From assembly GCA_964450605.1 (NCBI GenBank), contig CAYVEK010000001.1:72430-136429 (forward strand): a stretch of 64,000 bases of DNA, written 5' to 3'. Positions within the stretch are counted from its first letter, which is position 1, and each line of letters starts with the position of its first letter. The notes beneath the pieces were generated by a model. It was not told where the DNA came from. It ran no database searches and saw only the letters and a program-made list of their open reading frames with translations. The stretch is from an uncultured Candidatus Saccharibacteria bacterium (lineage in GTDB: Bacteria; Patescibacteriota; Minisyncoccia; Phycocordibacterales; CAIZLB01). This document shows positions 19,311 through 28,227 of the stretch, piece by piece. Made by a program: the position numbers and the translations under genes.

Positions 19311-20519
19311 ATGGTCCACATGATGACACCTCTACTTATCGCAAATCTCGTTATACTTATAGTTTTTGGCTTAGTACTATATACAAAGCTGTCAAAACCA
19401 AAGACTGAAGACAAGGAAACTACCGAACTCAAAAGAGAAGTAGAGCGTCTCGAATCTGTGATAAAAGATGAGATGTCTCGCAATCGTATGGAGACAAGTA
19501 CGGGTCAAAAAGATCTGCGTACTGAGCTTGGTGGAACATTGACACAAACATTGACACAGTTGACGCAGGCGGTAGAACAAAAACTACAAACACTACAACA
19601 AGATAACTCACAAAAACTAGAACAGATGCGTGAGACTGTTGATGAAAAATTGCATGCAACACTAGAAAAAAGATTTGGTGAATCATTTAAACTGGTATCA
19701 GATAGACTTGATCAGGTTCATAAAGGACTAGGTGAGATGCAGAGTATTGCTGTTGGTGTAGGTGATCTAAAAAAAGTTTTATCAAATGTTAAGACGCGAG
19801 GAACATGGGGTGAAGCCCAGCTTGGAAATCTGATAGAAGAAGTGTTGACACCAGAGCAGTATGAAAAAAATGTTATGACTAAAAAGGGAAGTCGTGATGC
19901 TGTTGAGTATGCTATCAAACTCCCAGGGAGTGATGATGTGTCTCATGTGTGGTTACCGATAGATGCAAAGTTTCCACTCGAAGATTATCAGAAGATAATA
20001 CAGGCCGAAGAAGCTGGTGATGTGCAGGCATTACTGGAACTTAGAAAAGCATTGGAAACTCGTATAAAAGCTGAAGCAAAAGACATTCATACAAAGTACA
20101 TAGATGTTCCGTATACAACAGATTTTGGTGTTTTGTTTGTCCCTATCGAAAGTTTATACGCTGAAGTATTGCGCATACCTGGATTATTTGAAACTATACG
20201 ACGCGAATACAAAGTCATAATAACCGGTCCTACAACTATACAGGCCATACTTAACAGTTTACATATAGGTTTCAGAACACTTGCTATACAAAAACGCTCA
20301 AGTGAGGTTTGGGAGGTTTTGGGCGTTGTTAAAAAAGAGTTTGGTAAGTTTGGTGATTTACTTGAAAAAACTCAAGAGAAACTTGAGCAGGCGGGTAAGA
20401 CTATAGAGGATGCGGTAAAGAAAACTCGAACTATAGAAAAGAAGCTAGGTAAGGTAGGCGATAATCCAGTTCTCGAGGCGGGGGTTTCTCCACAGGAGCT
20501 AGTTGACGGGGTTGAGTAG
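19311..20519 (+). CDS. rmuC: DNA recombination protein RmuC
   Basis: N-terminal TM segment, long coiled coil and a C-terminal RmuC nuclease-like domain (GTWGEAQLGNLIEE...LPIDAKFPLEDY). Confidence 0.8.
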   Translation: MVHMMTPLLIANLVILIVFGLVLYTKLSKPKTEDKETTELKREVERLESVIKDEMSRNRMETSTGQKDLRTELGGTLTQTLTQLTQAVEQKLQTLQQDNSQKLEQMRETVDEKLHATLEKRFGESFKLVSDRLDQVHKGLGEMQSIAVGVGDLKKVLSNVKTRGTWGEAQLGNLIEEVLTPEQYEKNVMTKKGSRDAVEYAIKLPGSDDVSHVWLPIDAKFPLEDYQKIIQAEEAGDVQALLELRKALETRIKAEAKDIHTKYIDVPYTTDFGVLFVPIESLYAEVLRIPGLFETIRREYKVIITGPTTIQAILNSLHIGFRTLAIQKRSSEVWEVLGVVKKEFGKFGDLLEKTQEKLEQAGKTIEDAVKKTRTIEKKLGKVGDNPVLEAGVSPQELVDGVE

Positions 20520-20545
20520 TGGGTGTAAAGTAAAAGTACACCGTT

Positions 20546-20689
20546 ATGAAGGCACTTTGTTTGCAAAAAGGACGGCCACTCATTATTGAAGGAGTTACAC
20601 CTCGATGGCTTGAGGTGTTGATTCTTGTGGTCGGTTTTATCGGAGCGGTGCTATATGCGATAGTGAAGATTCCCTTCACGACACGCTAA
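20546..20689 (+). CDS. Small hydrophobic peptide (47 aa, single TM). It was not in the ORF track.
   Basis: ATG at 20546 gives MKALCLQKGRPLIIEGVTPRWLEVLILVVGFIGAVLYAIVKIPFTTR. GC content is above the surroundings and a terminator follows immediately. Confidence 0.3.
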   Translation: MKALCLQKGRPLIIEGVTPRWLEVLILVVGFIGAVLYAIVKIPFTTR

Positions 20690-20709
20690 GGCATTGCAAA
20701 GCCATTCGG

Positions 20710-20750
20710 CGGCCCCTCTCCCTCATTTGGGATCTGTGGGCCGTTTTTCT
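20710..20750 (+). terminator. Rho-independent terminator
   Basis: cggccc ... gggccg stem followed by tttttc. Confidence 0.55.
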
Positions 20751-21588
20751 ATTCTCGTATTTTTACTGAAAACATAGCATCGTCTGCATATTTCAAAGCT
20801 TTTTCATTTATCAAAAACTTCTCTCGAGCTTTTTCAAATGAAAGGTCGGTATCTATAAGTCCTAGATCATAAGCAAACTGATCAGAGTTTGCGGGGAAGA
20901 GTATGGATAGGTTAAGAGGAACTCTGCTCGAAGTTATTTCATTTACATGAGAAACTATATTTGTAGTACAAGTATTTGTAAGAGTGTTATAGAACTCAGG
21001 ATACATTGCCAACTTATTTGTTCTCTCTATCATAGATAAGAAAAGTTTTTTTGATTTTTCTAGATCAGCTTTTACAGGATACACATAAACATTATCTTTT
21101 CTATAGTTCGATCGTAGTTTTACAACATCACGCTCATCCGCGATAACATACATAAGTTCATATTGTCGTAGTAGTCCTTTCAATGCAGAGAAAGATTCTC
21201 CTTTTTCTTTTCGTATTTCTACAGATATAGATACAAAAACATTGTCTTCAAATTCAAAACTCAAAAATGTATGAGCGGCACCTACATATCCTGAAAATGG
21301 TTCAACTACAAAATAAACTTTTTTCAATTTATGTAAATCATATGTTTTGTCATAATAGTTTGGGGTGTATGATGTTGTGGATGCGTAGGTAAAGTTTCTT
21401 ACATTTTTTACATGAATCAGATTTTTATCTATAACAGCAGAAGGTAGTATAGCCTGATCTGTAGACCAGTCTCTATGAACGGACGGTTGTATAAGTATCA
21501 CTAAGGCTGAGTAGAAGATAATAAGCAGGAGTGCAAGTATAAGTACAGTTTTTCCTAAGAGTTTTAGTATTTTTTTAAACATACACAT
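20749..21588 (-). CDS. Membrane-anchored protein, DUF4105-like (Lnb N-terminal periplasmic domain family)
   Basis: N-terminal TM helix and a YNTLTNTCTT motif characteristic of DUF4105. Confidence 0.5.
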   Translation of the reverse strand: MCMFKKILKLLGKTVLILALLLIIFYSALVILIQPSVHRDWSTDQAILPSAVIDKNLIHVKNVRNFTYASTTSYTPNYYDKTYDLHKLKKVYFVVEPFSGYVGAAHTFLSFEFEDNVFVSISVEIRKEKGESFSALKGLLRQYELMYVIADERDVVKLRSNYRKDNVYVYPVKADLEKSKKLFLSMIERTNKLAMYPEFYNTLTNTCTTNIVSHVNEITSSRVPLNLSILFPANSDQFAYDLGLIDTDLSFEKAREKFLINEKALKYADDAMFSVKIRE

Positions 21589-21627
21589 AAGTATATCACT
21601 GACCTAAATATATGTTATACTCACCGT

Positions 21628-21930
21628 ATGCAAGATGCTTCCATACAACATGCAAACACATTCTTTATGTTTACAACCGTCGCGGTTGTTATAGGGATTA
21701 TCATTCTTCTTATACTGTTATATATCGCTTTTAAAACTCTTAGATTTTTCAATAAGGTGAGTGACAAGGCATATACCATTTTGGACAAGACGACTCAGGT
21801 GGTGGATGAGGGGTTAAAAGACGGCAGTTCGGTTAAAAAAGGACTATCTTATATACTGCCTATAGCTGCTTTTTTTGCCAAAAAGCGTAAAACCACTCGT
21901 CGAGCAACAGAAAAGACAGGGGGTAGATAA
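21628..21930 (+). CDS. Small membrane protein (100 aa), unknown function
   Basis: One TM helix followed by a basic tail. Confidence 0.4.
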   Translation: MQDASIQHANTFFMFTTVAVVIGIIILLILLYIAFKTLRFFNKVSDKAYTILDKTTQVVDEGLKDGSSVKKGLSYILPIAAFFAKKRKTTRRATEKTGGR

Positions 21931-21948
21931 GTGTGATATACTTACTAC

Positions 21949-22347
21949 ATGAAAACAAATACTAATACACAAACATCTGCTATGCAGAAAGTTGCTATTG
22001 CTACAGGTATAACAGGCCTATTGGTTGCAGCAACTCTCGGAACACATTTTTTGTTTAATACTAAAAAAGGAAAACAAAGTTTGAAGCACATAAAAAGTTG
22101 GGCATTTAAAATGAAAGCAGAGCTTCTTGAAAAACTTGAAAAAGCAAAAGAGATCAATGAAGCAGTATATGCACAGGTTGTTGATGAGCTTACAGAAAAA
22201 TATAAAAAGGTAAAAGGTATGACAGTGGAAGAAGTTCACGAGATGGCACAAGAACTAAAATCACAGTGGAAAAAAGTTCACGCAGAAGTTAAGAAAACTT
22301 TGAAAGAAGGAAATGCAAAACCAAAAAAGAAAACCGCTAAAAAATAA
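21949..22347 (+). CDS. Hypothetical membrane-anchored Lys-rich coiled-coil protein (132 aa)
   Basis: N-terminal TM segment (GITGLLVAATLG) followed by a long charged helix. Confidence 0.45.
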   Translation: MKTNTNTQTSAMQKVAIATGITGLLVAATLGTHFLFNTKKGKQSLKHIKSWAFKMKAELLEKLEKAKEINEAVYAQVVDELTEKYKKVKGMTVEEVHEMAQELKSQWKKVHAEVKKTLKEGNAKPKKKTAKK

Positions 22348-23134
22348 TACAACACCACAGACTTCTTGGGGAAAAGTTGCAGAATGGTATGACGAGTACT
22401 TACAAGACGAAGATACGTATCAGGCAAAAGTGATCGCACCAAACCTGATGCGTATTTTACGCATTGAAGAACAGGGTATAGGAACAAAGATACTTGAACT
22501 CGGATGTGGTCAGGGATATTTTGTAGGTAAGATTTACGAGTCTGCAAAACAAGAACTTGAAGTAGAAGGAGTTGACGTGGGAAAAGAACTGCTTGATATT
22601 GCTAAAGATAAAAATCCGAAAGCAGTATTTACACATACGTCAGCTTCACATTTGTCACACATACAAGATCATTCTGTTGATCTCGTATATTCAGTTCTGG
22701 CCCTTCAGAATATGAGTGACTTTGAAACGGTCATACAAGAAGTTAAAAGAGTGTTAAAACCACATGGGCGTTTTGTGGCTGTACTAAATCACCCTGCGTT
22801 TCGTATTCCAAAACAAAGTGACTGGTATTTTTCAAATGAAAGAAAGGCACAAGGTCGAGTTGTCTATACATATATGTCCGCGCAAAAGTTTTCTATAGAT
22901 ATGCATCCAGGTAAGACTGCGGCAGGTGCAAAAAAGCAGGAAACATTTTCATTTCACCAACCTCTTCAGTTTTACGCTAAAGCATTTGCCAAATACAACA
23001 TGGGAATAGCTCGTCTTGAGGAGTGGATTTCTCATAAAACAAGTGAACCGGGTCCAAAAAAGCGAGCTGAGGATGAGGCTCGTAAAGAAATACCGATGTT
23101 TATGTGCCTTGAGATTCGGTCATTTATAGCATAA
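22313..23134 (+). CDS. Class I SAM-dependent methyltransferase
   Basis: ILELGCGQGYF motif I and acidic motif II (VDLVYS). Confidence 0.7.
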   Translation: MQNQKRKPLKNNTTPQTSWGKVAEWYDEYLQDEDTYQAKVIAPNLMRILRIEEQGIGTKILELGCGQGYFVGKIYESAKQELEVEGVDVGKELLDIAKDKNPKAVFTHTSASHLSHIQDHSVDLVYSVLALQNMSDFETVIQEVKRVLKPHGRFVAVLNHPAFRIPKQSDWYFSNERKAQGRVVYTYMSAQKFSIDMHPGKTAAGAKKQETFSFHQPLQFYAKAFAKYNMGIARLEEWISHKTSEPGPKKRAEDEARKEIPMFMCLEIRSFIA

Positions 23135-23147
23135 TATAGTCATATAC

Positions 23148-24077
23148 ATGTTTAACCTGTTGCGATACATAGTCATATTTCTCCTTATCATGGCAGGTTT
23201 ATACTGGCTTGATAGTCGGGGTGTGGATGTTGGAGGTATGGTGCGAAATGCTGGTAACAATGTTAAGACCTTTTTCCAAAGCATAAAAGACTCTCCGTCA
23301 CTTGATAAGGATACAATCTTTAAAGATTTAAATAAACAAGACTTTATCGGCGGACTTGGTAGTACAACAGCGACTACAACTAAAAAAAAACTAAATGAAG
23401 TAAAGTCAGATAGTGCTGTAAATTTGAGTGTTGCTGGTATTATTAAATATACAAATATAGAACGTGTAAAATACGGTCTAAAACCTCTAACTGTACAACC
23501 AAAACTTACTCGTTCGGCAGGATTAAAAGCTGATGATATGTTTGATCGACAATATTTCGATCATGTGTCTCCACAAGGTCTTAGTGCTTCTGATTTGGTA
23601 AAAGATGCGGGATATGATTTTGTGTTAGTTGGTGAAAATCTAGCACTGGGTGATTTTGGAACAGATCAAAAACTTGTCCAAGCGTGGATGGATAGTCCAA
23701 AACATAGAGCAAATATTTTAAACCCTAAGTTTACCGAGATAGGCATTGCTGCTGCCAATGGTATGTATAAAGGGGATAAAGAGTGGATTTTTGTACAGCA
23801 TTTTGGAAAACCTCAACCAAATTGTCCGAAGGCAAGTATTACTCTTAAAGATCAGATAGATACTGAGCGTGCTACTCTACAACGAGAGGAAGATCTTCTT
23901 AAAAAAATCGCTTCAGATATTGAAACGAACCCATCAAGTGTAAACCAAACATTTTTGGACACATACAACGCTCGTGTTGCTGTGTATAACAATAAATTAA
24001 CTGCTCTTAAAGAATTGGCTGCTATGTATAACGAGCAGGTTGTTCAGTACAATGCTTGTTTAAATGAAAATAAATAA
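23148..24077 (+). CDS. CAP/SCP/PR-1-like (YkwD-type) domain protein with an N-terminal TM segment and a C-terminal coiled coil
   Basis: NIERVKYGLKPL...YFDHVSPQG...GENLALG...AWMDSPKHRANIL blocks. Confidence 0.7.
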   Translation: MFNLLRYIVIFLLIMAGLYWLDSRGVDVGGMVRNAGNNVKTFFQSIKDSPSLDKDTIFKDLNKQDFIGGLGSTTATTTKKKLNEVKSDSAVNLSVAGIIKYTNIERVKYGLKPLTVQPKLTRSAGLKADDMFDRQYFDHVSPQGLSASDLVKDAGYDFVLVGENLALGDFGTDQKLVQAWMDSPKHRANILNPKFTEIGIAAANGMYKGDKEWIFVQHFGKPQPNCPKASITLKDQIDTERATLQREEDLLKKIASDIETNPSSVNQTFLDTYNARVAVYNNKLTALKELAAMYNEQVVQYNACLNENK

Positions 24078-25187
24078 TATACCAAGTGCGTAAGGAACAA
24101 GTCTTCCTGCTCGGAATGCTAGAAGGGCAAATTCGTCTCTTTCTGTAACATGTTTATAGAACATGCTTTCACTTGAGATCTCTATCATACTGCAACCAAC
24201 TCGACTGATAAAAAGAAGAGTTGTAAGTAGAAGGAAACTTGCCTCGATCTCAAGACCTTGTGGTACAAGTGCGGCCGCGATAGTAAAGCAGATCGCGATG
24301 AATATACCCCAGATAAATATTTGCTTATCATTGTGAGTTCTGTCTTCAAGTTTTCCAAAAGGGATTTGCACTAATACAAATGGAGTTGTTATAACTGCGA
24401 GAAGTATTCCGATGTGATTCCATTCAAAGTTATAATACTGATGTAAATATATCGGCAATAAAATACCTGTTGTTCCGTAATATAGATGAAGTGTTGATTG
24501 GGTAATGAAAGAATTTCTATCTAGTTTATCAGCCCAAAAGTTTTTTATTTTCAATCTAAGTGGTACTGGATTTACAGCTACAGGCTCATTTTCATCAACA
24601 GGGTTTTGTATATATGAATATAGAAATAGAAGGAAGGGGAGAAGTAAACTAAAGGCAACTGCGTATGTTATCGACAATGTATCTGTAGTAAGTCCGCTCA
24701 ACAACAGTGGTACAACAACGAACGGTGTATTCCATACTGTCGAATATATACCTCTACCTTTCCCCCTGTCTTGTATATGTGTGTAGTCTTCAAATAGTTT
24801 GTCTAGGTTAAACAGTATGTACGGAGTAAGTATGTGATGTAGTATAAAAATACCAATGTATGTAGGTATTGCGATGTGTGCAGGCAATATCTGCGTTGCT
24901 GTTGCTATATACATTCCTGCTAAACACAACATCTCAATATATGTTGCGATGTATATACGTCCTTTGGTGTGAGTTCGAGTACGTGATGCTCGAGAAAGCA
25001 TGAGATACATACTGATACCAAAGATAGATGATGCTCCGTACACTGTGAGTATTTGTGGAGTACTCAAGTGAAGCATCTCTTTCATGATTGAAGAGTTGGT
25101 GAAAAATACAAAGACATGATGAAGTCCTAAAAAGAACACGCATAGATACAGTGCTGTTTGTATACGAAGTGAAAGGTAACGTTGCAT
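24060..25187 (-). CDS. Polytopic membrane protein, likely MFS-type transporter
   Basis: About 10-12 predicted TM helices across 375 aa with short loops. Confidence 0.6.
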   Translation of the reverse strand: MQRYLSLRIQTALYLCVFFLGLHHVFVFFTNSSIMKEMLHLSTPQILTVYGASSIFGISMYLMLSRASRTRTHTKGRIYIATYIEMLCLAGMYIATATQILPAHIAIPTYIGIFILHHILTPYILFNLDKLFEDYTHIQDRGKGRGIYSTVWNTPFVVVPLLLSGLTTDTLSITYAVAFSLLLPFLLFLYSYIQNPVDENEPVAVNPVPLRLKIKNFWADKLDRNSFITQSTLHLYYGTTGILLPIYLHQYYNFEWNHIGILLAVITTPFVLVQIPFGKLEDRTHNDKQIFIWGIFIAICFTIAAALVPQGLEIEASFLLLTTLLFISRVGCSMIEISSESMFYKHVTERDEFALLAFRAGRLVPYALGILFIFI

Positions 25188-25215
25188 GTGAGAAATTATA
25201 ACACGATGTTGGTTT

Positions 25216-25276
25216 TAAAAAAGAAAAAAGAAAAAGCGGTGCGCCGCGGACCTGTGAGGTTCGAGTGCGCACCGCT
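25216..25276 (-). terminator. Rho-independent terminator for the gene at 25293..26024
   Basis: agcggtgcgc ... gcgcaccgct is a perfect 10-bp stem, followed on the minus strand by a long T-run (plus-strand A-run at 25216-25234). Confidence 0.75.
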
Positions 25277-25292
25277 CGTGGGATGAAGGAGA

Positions 25293-26000
25293 TTACTTCT
25301 TTTTTTCTACCGGCGTACGGGTCGGTAAGAAGGAGCCGAATGAGGCATTGATCCCAATGACTTCAAATGTCTTGGCGAGACTGAACAAGGCTTCATACCG
25401 TGCCCGCAGTCTTCTGCGGGCAGGTTCATCTTGTTCGGTTTCGGCGGTTCCGAGGTCAGTTCCGGCTACCCGGAGGGTATTTTGAATAGTGTCTTTAAAA
25501 CACTGTACCCAACCTCCGTTGGCAGGTACAAGGTTTAAAAACTTGTGATCTCCATACTTGAGTGTCGTCTCGAGACTGTGGAGAAAATCAGAAGCGATGA
25601 TCAATTTTTTGGTTTTTGACCACTGCTCCGCAACCTCCATTATCGTCTTGCCGGGACGGATTCTTTGAGCCTCGCGGAATCCGACCACAATTCGGACGAT
25701 AAAAAATATCGCTCCGATTAATGCGGCCCCTGCAATCCAGGGCGTGCGAGTCCCCCAGAAGATGTACGTCAAGTACATCATTCCGCAGTAGATTAGGAAA
25801 TTCCAGAGAATTCCGCGGATCTTTTTCTGGTATTTCTGGGTTTTCTGCAGGCACTCCTCCGCAGGGGTGCCGAAGCGGCGGAGCTCCACTTTTTCCTGGT
25901 TTTTACTCCAGGATACAGTGAAGATAATGCTGAGGAACTCCCAGATCATCTGGGAGGCAACTTCGTTGTTATAGTGAGGTTGTTTTTCGGGCGTAGCCAT
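25293..26000 (-). CDS. Hypothetical membrane protein (about 235 aa from the ATG) in a GC-rich islet
   Basis: About 50% GC, two TM helices, no recognisable domain. The ORF-track start at 26024 is a TTG, so the ATG at 26000 (MATPEKQ) is preferred. Confidence 0.5.
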   Translation of the reverse strand: MATPEKQPHYNNEVASQMIWEFLSIIFTVSWSKNQEKVELRRFGTPAEECLQKTQKYQKKIRGILWNFLIYCGMMYLTYIFWGTRTPWIAGAALIGAIFFIVRIVVGFREAQRIRPGKTIMEVAEQWSKTKKLIIASDFLHSLETTLKYGDHKFLNLVPANGGWVQCFKDTIQNTLRVAGTDLGTAETEQDEPARRRLRARYEALFSLAKTFEVIGINASFGSFLPTRTPVEKKK

Positions 26001-26149
26001 GGTGGCAGTTGGTTGTGTTGTCAAGGTGTGCTTATCAGTTACGAAAAGGGGACATTTCCCACTCAGCTATGCTTCAATCGCATAGATCTAAGCTTTCATT
26101 TCGCGGAGTACAGAAGCACGCTGTATGCCATATATATTATATCATATAT

Positions 26150-26200
26150 TATACCACAAAGTCAAGTCCACCCACCCCAACCAACCACCACCCCAAACCC
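26150..26200. repeat. C-rich (plus) / G-rich (minus) tract with G-quadruplex potential, in the divergent intergenic region
   Basis: ccacccaccccaaccaaccaccaccccaaacccc. The minus strand carries four or more G3-4 runs. Confidence 0.5.
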
Positions 26201-26211
26201 CTCAAAATCCC

Positions 26212-26246
26212 TTGCAAAATCTACAAAATATAGTATACTCAGCGTA
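26212..26246 (+). promoter_or_regulatory. Putative sigma-70 promoter for rpmF
   Basis: TTGCAA, a 16-nt spacer, then TATACT, located about 10 nt upstream of the ORF. Confidence 0.45.
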
Positions 26247-26248
26247 TT

Positions 26249-26479
26249 ATGGTAAATCACATGAGACATACACGAGGTCATACTCGTAACCGCCGAAGTC
26301 ACCATGCTCTAAAGGCCAGTTCTTTAGTATTGTGCTCAAATTGCGGACAGCCAAACGCAAAACATATTCTATGTAAAAATTGCGGATATTTTAAAGGACG
26401 AATGGTTGTTGATAAAACTGCCAAGATTGATAAAAAAGCTGTTAAAGCACAAAAAGCTGAGACTGTAAGTAAGGCGTAG
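26249..26479 (+). CDS. rpmF: 50S ribosomal protein L32
   Basis: RHTRGHTRNRRSHHAL...C..C....H..C..CGY is the L32 zinc-ribbon signature. Confidence 0.85.
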   Translation: MVNHMRHTRGHTRNRRSHHALKASSLVLCSNCGQPNAKHILCKNCGYFKGRMVVDKTAKIDKKAVKAQKAETVSKA

Positions 26480-26535
26480 TAAAACTATTGTTTTGCAAAG
26501 CCTGATCATTTACAATCACATATAGAAAACAACAT

Positions 26536-27459
26536 ATGGCAAGCCGACATCAATCACGAATACTTGTACTCCAATCTCTTTACGAGATTGACTTTCGTGC
26601 TCTTGACCCAAACAACTTCGATGAAGTGTTGTCACGAAATATAGTTGAATTTTCTCATGATGAACCAGATCTTGAGTATACAAAAAGTCTTCTTGATGGA
26701 ATTCTAAAAAAGAAAGATGAGATAGACGCTATTATCATAAAAGCGGCACCAGACTGGCCTCTTGATAAAATCGCATCTGTTGATAGAAATGTTCTTCGTA
26801 TGGGTTTGTATGAACTTATATATGCAGATAAAAAAGAAGTTCCTTCAAAAGTTGCTATTAACGAAGCGATAGAAGTTGCGAAATTTTTCAGTGGTGAAAC
26901 TTCAGGTAAATTTATAAACGGAGTACTTGGTGCTGTATATAGAGATATATATGGAACTGAAGAAACTAAAAAAGAAGAAGCACCTGCAAAAAAAGTTCGC
27001 AAAGAATTAACACCAGAAGAAAAAGCTGCTCTGCCTGTACAAAATCTCGTTGGAGCTATTGTGTACGCTGTACATGCAGGACAAGTATATCTTGCTCTTG
27101 TTCATGATGTGTTTGGTTTTTGGACTATTGCAAAAGGCAAGTTCTTAGAAGATGTGACTGAAACAGTTGCTGAAGCTTCAAAAAGAAAAGTTCAAGAAGA
27201 GCTTGGTATTGATTCAACATATGTAAAAGATATAGATGCAAGTGAATACGTTGCATCACATCCAGAATTTAAAAAGATACGAAAGCATGTACAGTATGTG
27301 CTTGCAAAAGCAGAGTATGAGCCAGTACTTGCAAAAAAAGAAGGAGGACTTAAAGACGCGGCTTGGTTTAAAGCCGAAGATGTTGCAGGCTTAAATCTCT
27401 ACGATGATATGAAACCTATATTAGAAAAATCTATAGCAGAAATTAAAAAAGATATATGA
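26536..27459 (+). CDS. nusB: Transcription antitermination factor NusB (aa 1-140) fused to a C-terminal Nudix-like domain (about aa 165-307)
   Basis: NusB N-terminus (HQSRILVLQSLYEIDF ... FINGVLGAVYRD). The C-terminus has a Nudix-box-like stretch WTIAKGKFLEDVTETVAEASKRKVQEELGI, compared with MutT WEFPGGKIEMGETPEQAVVRELQEEVGI. Confidence 0.7.
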   Translation: MASRHQSRILVLQSLYEIDFRALDPNNFDEVLSRNIVEFSHDEPDLEYTKSLLDGILKKKDEIDAIIIKAAPDWPLDKIASVDRNVLRMGLYELIYADKKEVPSKVAINEAIEVAKFFSGETSGKFINGVLGAVYRDIYGTEETKKEEAPAKKVRKELTPEEKAALPVQNLVGAIVYAVHAGQVYLALVHDVFGFWTIAKGKFLEDVTETVAEASKRKVQEELGIDSTYVKDIDASEYVASHPEFKKIRKHVQYVLAKAEYEPVLAKKEGGLKDAAWFKAEDVAGLNLYDDMKPILEKSIAEIKKDI

Positions 27460-28157
27460 TAAAAACAGAGCAGTTCGCACAAGTGGCAAAAAAGTTGGAA
27501 ATTCAGTTTACTGATTTACACCTTTTAGCGCGCGCGTTCACTCACCGTTCATTTTTAAATGAACACAGAAACTCAGGGTTGGAACATAACGAACGATTAG
27601 AATTTTTAGGAGACGCGGTTCTTGAACTTGTGGTGACAGATTTTTTGTATAAAAATTATCCTAAAAAACCAGAAGGAGAGATGACTGCTCTACGATCAGC
27701 TCTTGTAAATGCTCAAACTCTATCAGAAGTTGCATTACAACTCGGACTAAATGAACATCTTCTTCTCTCAAAAGGTGAAGCTAAAGACACAGGGCGAGCA
27801 CGACAGTATATACTTGCTAACACAATCGAAGCTTTGATTGGAGCTATATATCTTGATCAAGGGTATTCTGCTGCACAGCAGTTTATAGACAAGCATGTAC
27901 ACTCTCTAATACAGGATGTGATCGAACAAAAAAAGTTTATCGATGCTAAAAGTAAGTTCCAAGAGATGGCACAGGAACATGTCGGTGCAACTCCTCGTTA
28001 TGAACTTATAAAAGAAGCGGGTCCTGATCATGACAAGATCTTTACGGTTGGTGTGTATCTGGGAGATACACAGATCGCACACGGTGAAGGCAAGTCAAAA
28101 CAAGAGGCGGAGACTCAAGCAGCTCTCAAAGCTCTGCATACTAAGAAGTGGGCATAG
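27456..28157 (+). CDS. rnc: Ribonuclease III
   Basis: ERLEFLGDAVLELVV RNase III signature and a C-terminal dsRBD. Start overlaps the nusB stop (ATGA). Confidence 0.9.
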   Translation: MIKTEQFAQVAKKLEIQFTDLHLLARAFTHRSFLNEHRNSGLEHNERLEFLGDAVLELVVTDFLYKNYPKKPEGEMTALRSALVNAQTLSEVALQLGLNEHLLLSKGEAKDTGRARQYILANTIEALIGAIYLDQGYSAAQQFIDKHVHSLIQDVIEQKKFIDAKSKFQEMAQEHVGATPRYELIKEAGPDHDKIFTVGVYLGDTQIAHGEGKSKQEAETQAALKALHTKKWA

Positions 28158-28227
28158 ATATCTTGACCAAGATTGTTCGATATGGTGTGCTTGCGTCTCG
28201 TAAGATTTTATGATATAATCAACTGCA

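Noticed and set aside
25240-25275. gaggttcgagtgcgc, which looks like a tRNA T-loop
   Set aside because: Flanks are not complementary as a T-stem. The sequence is part of a simple 10-bp hairpin terminator.
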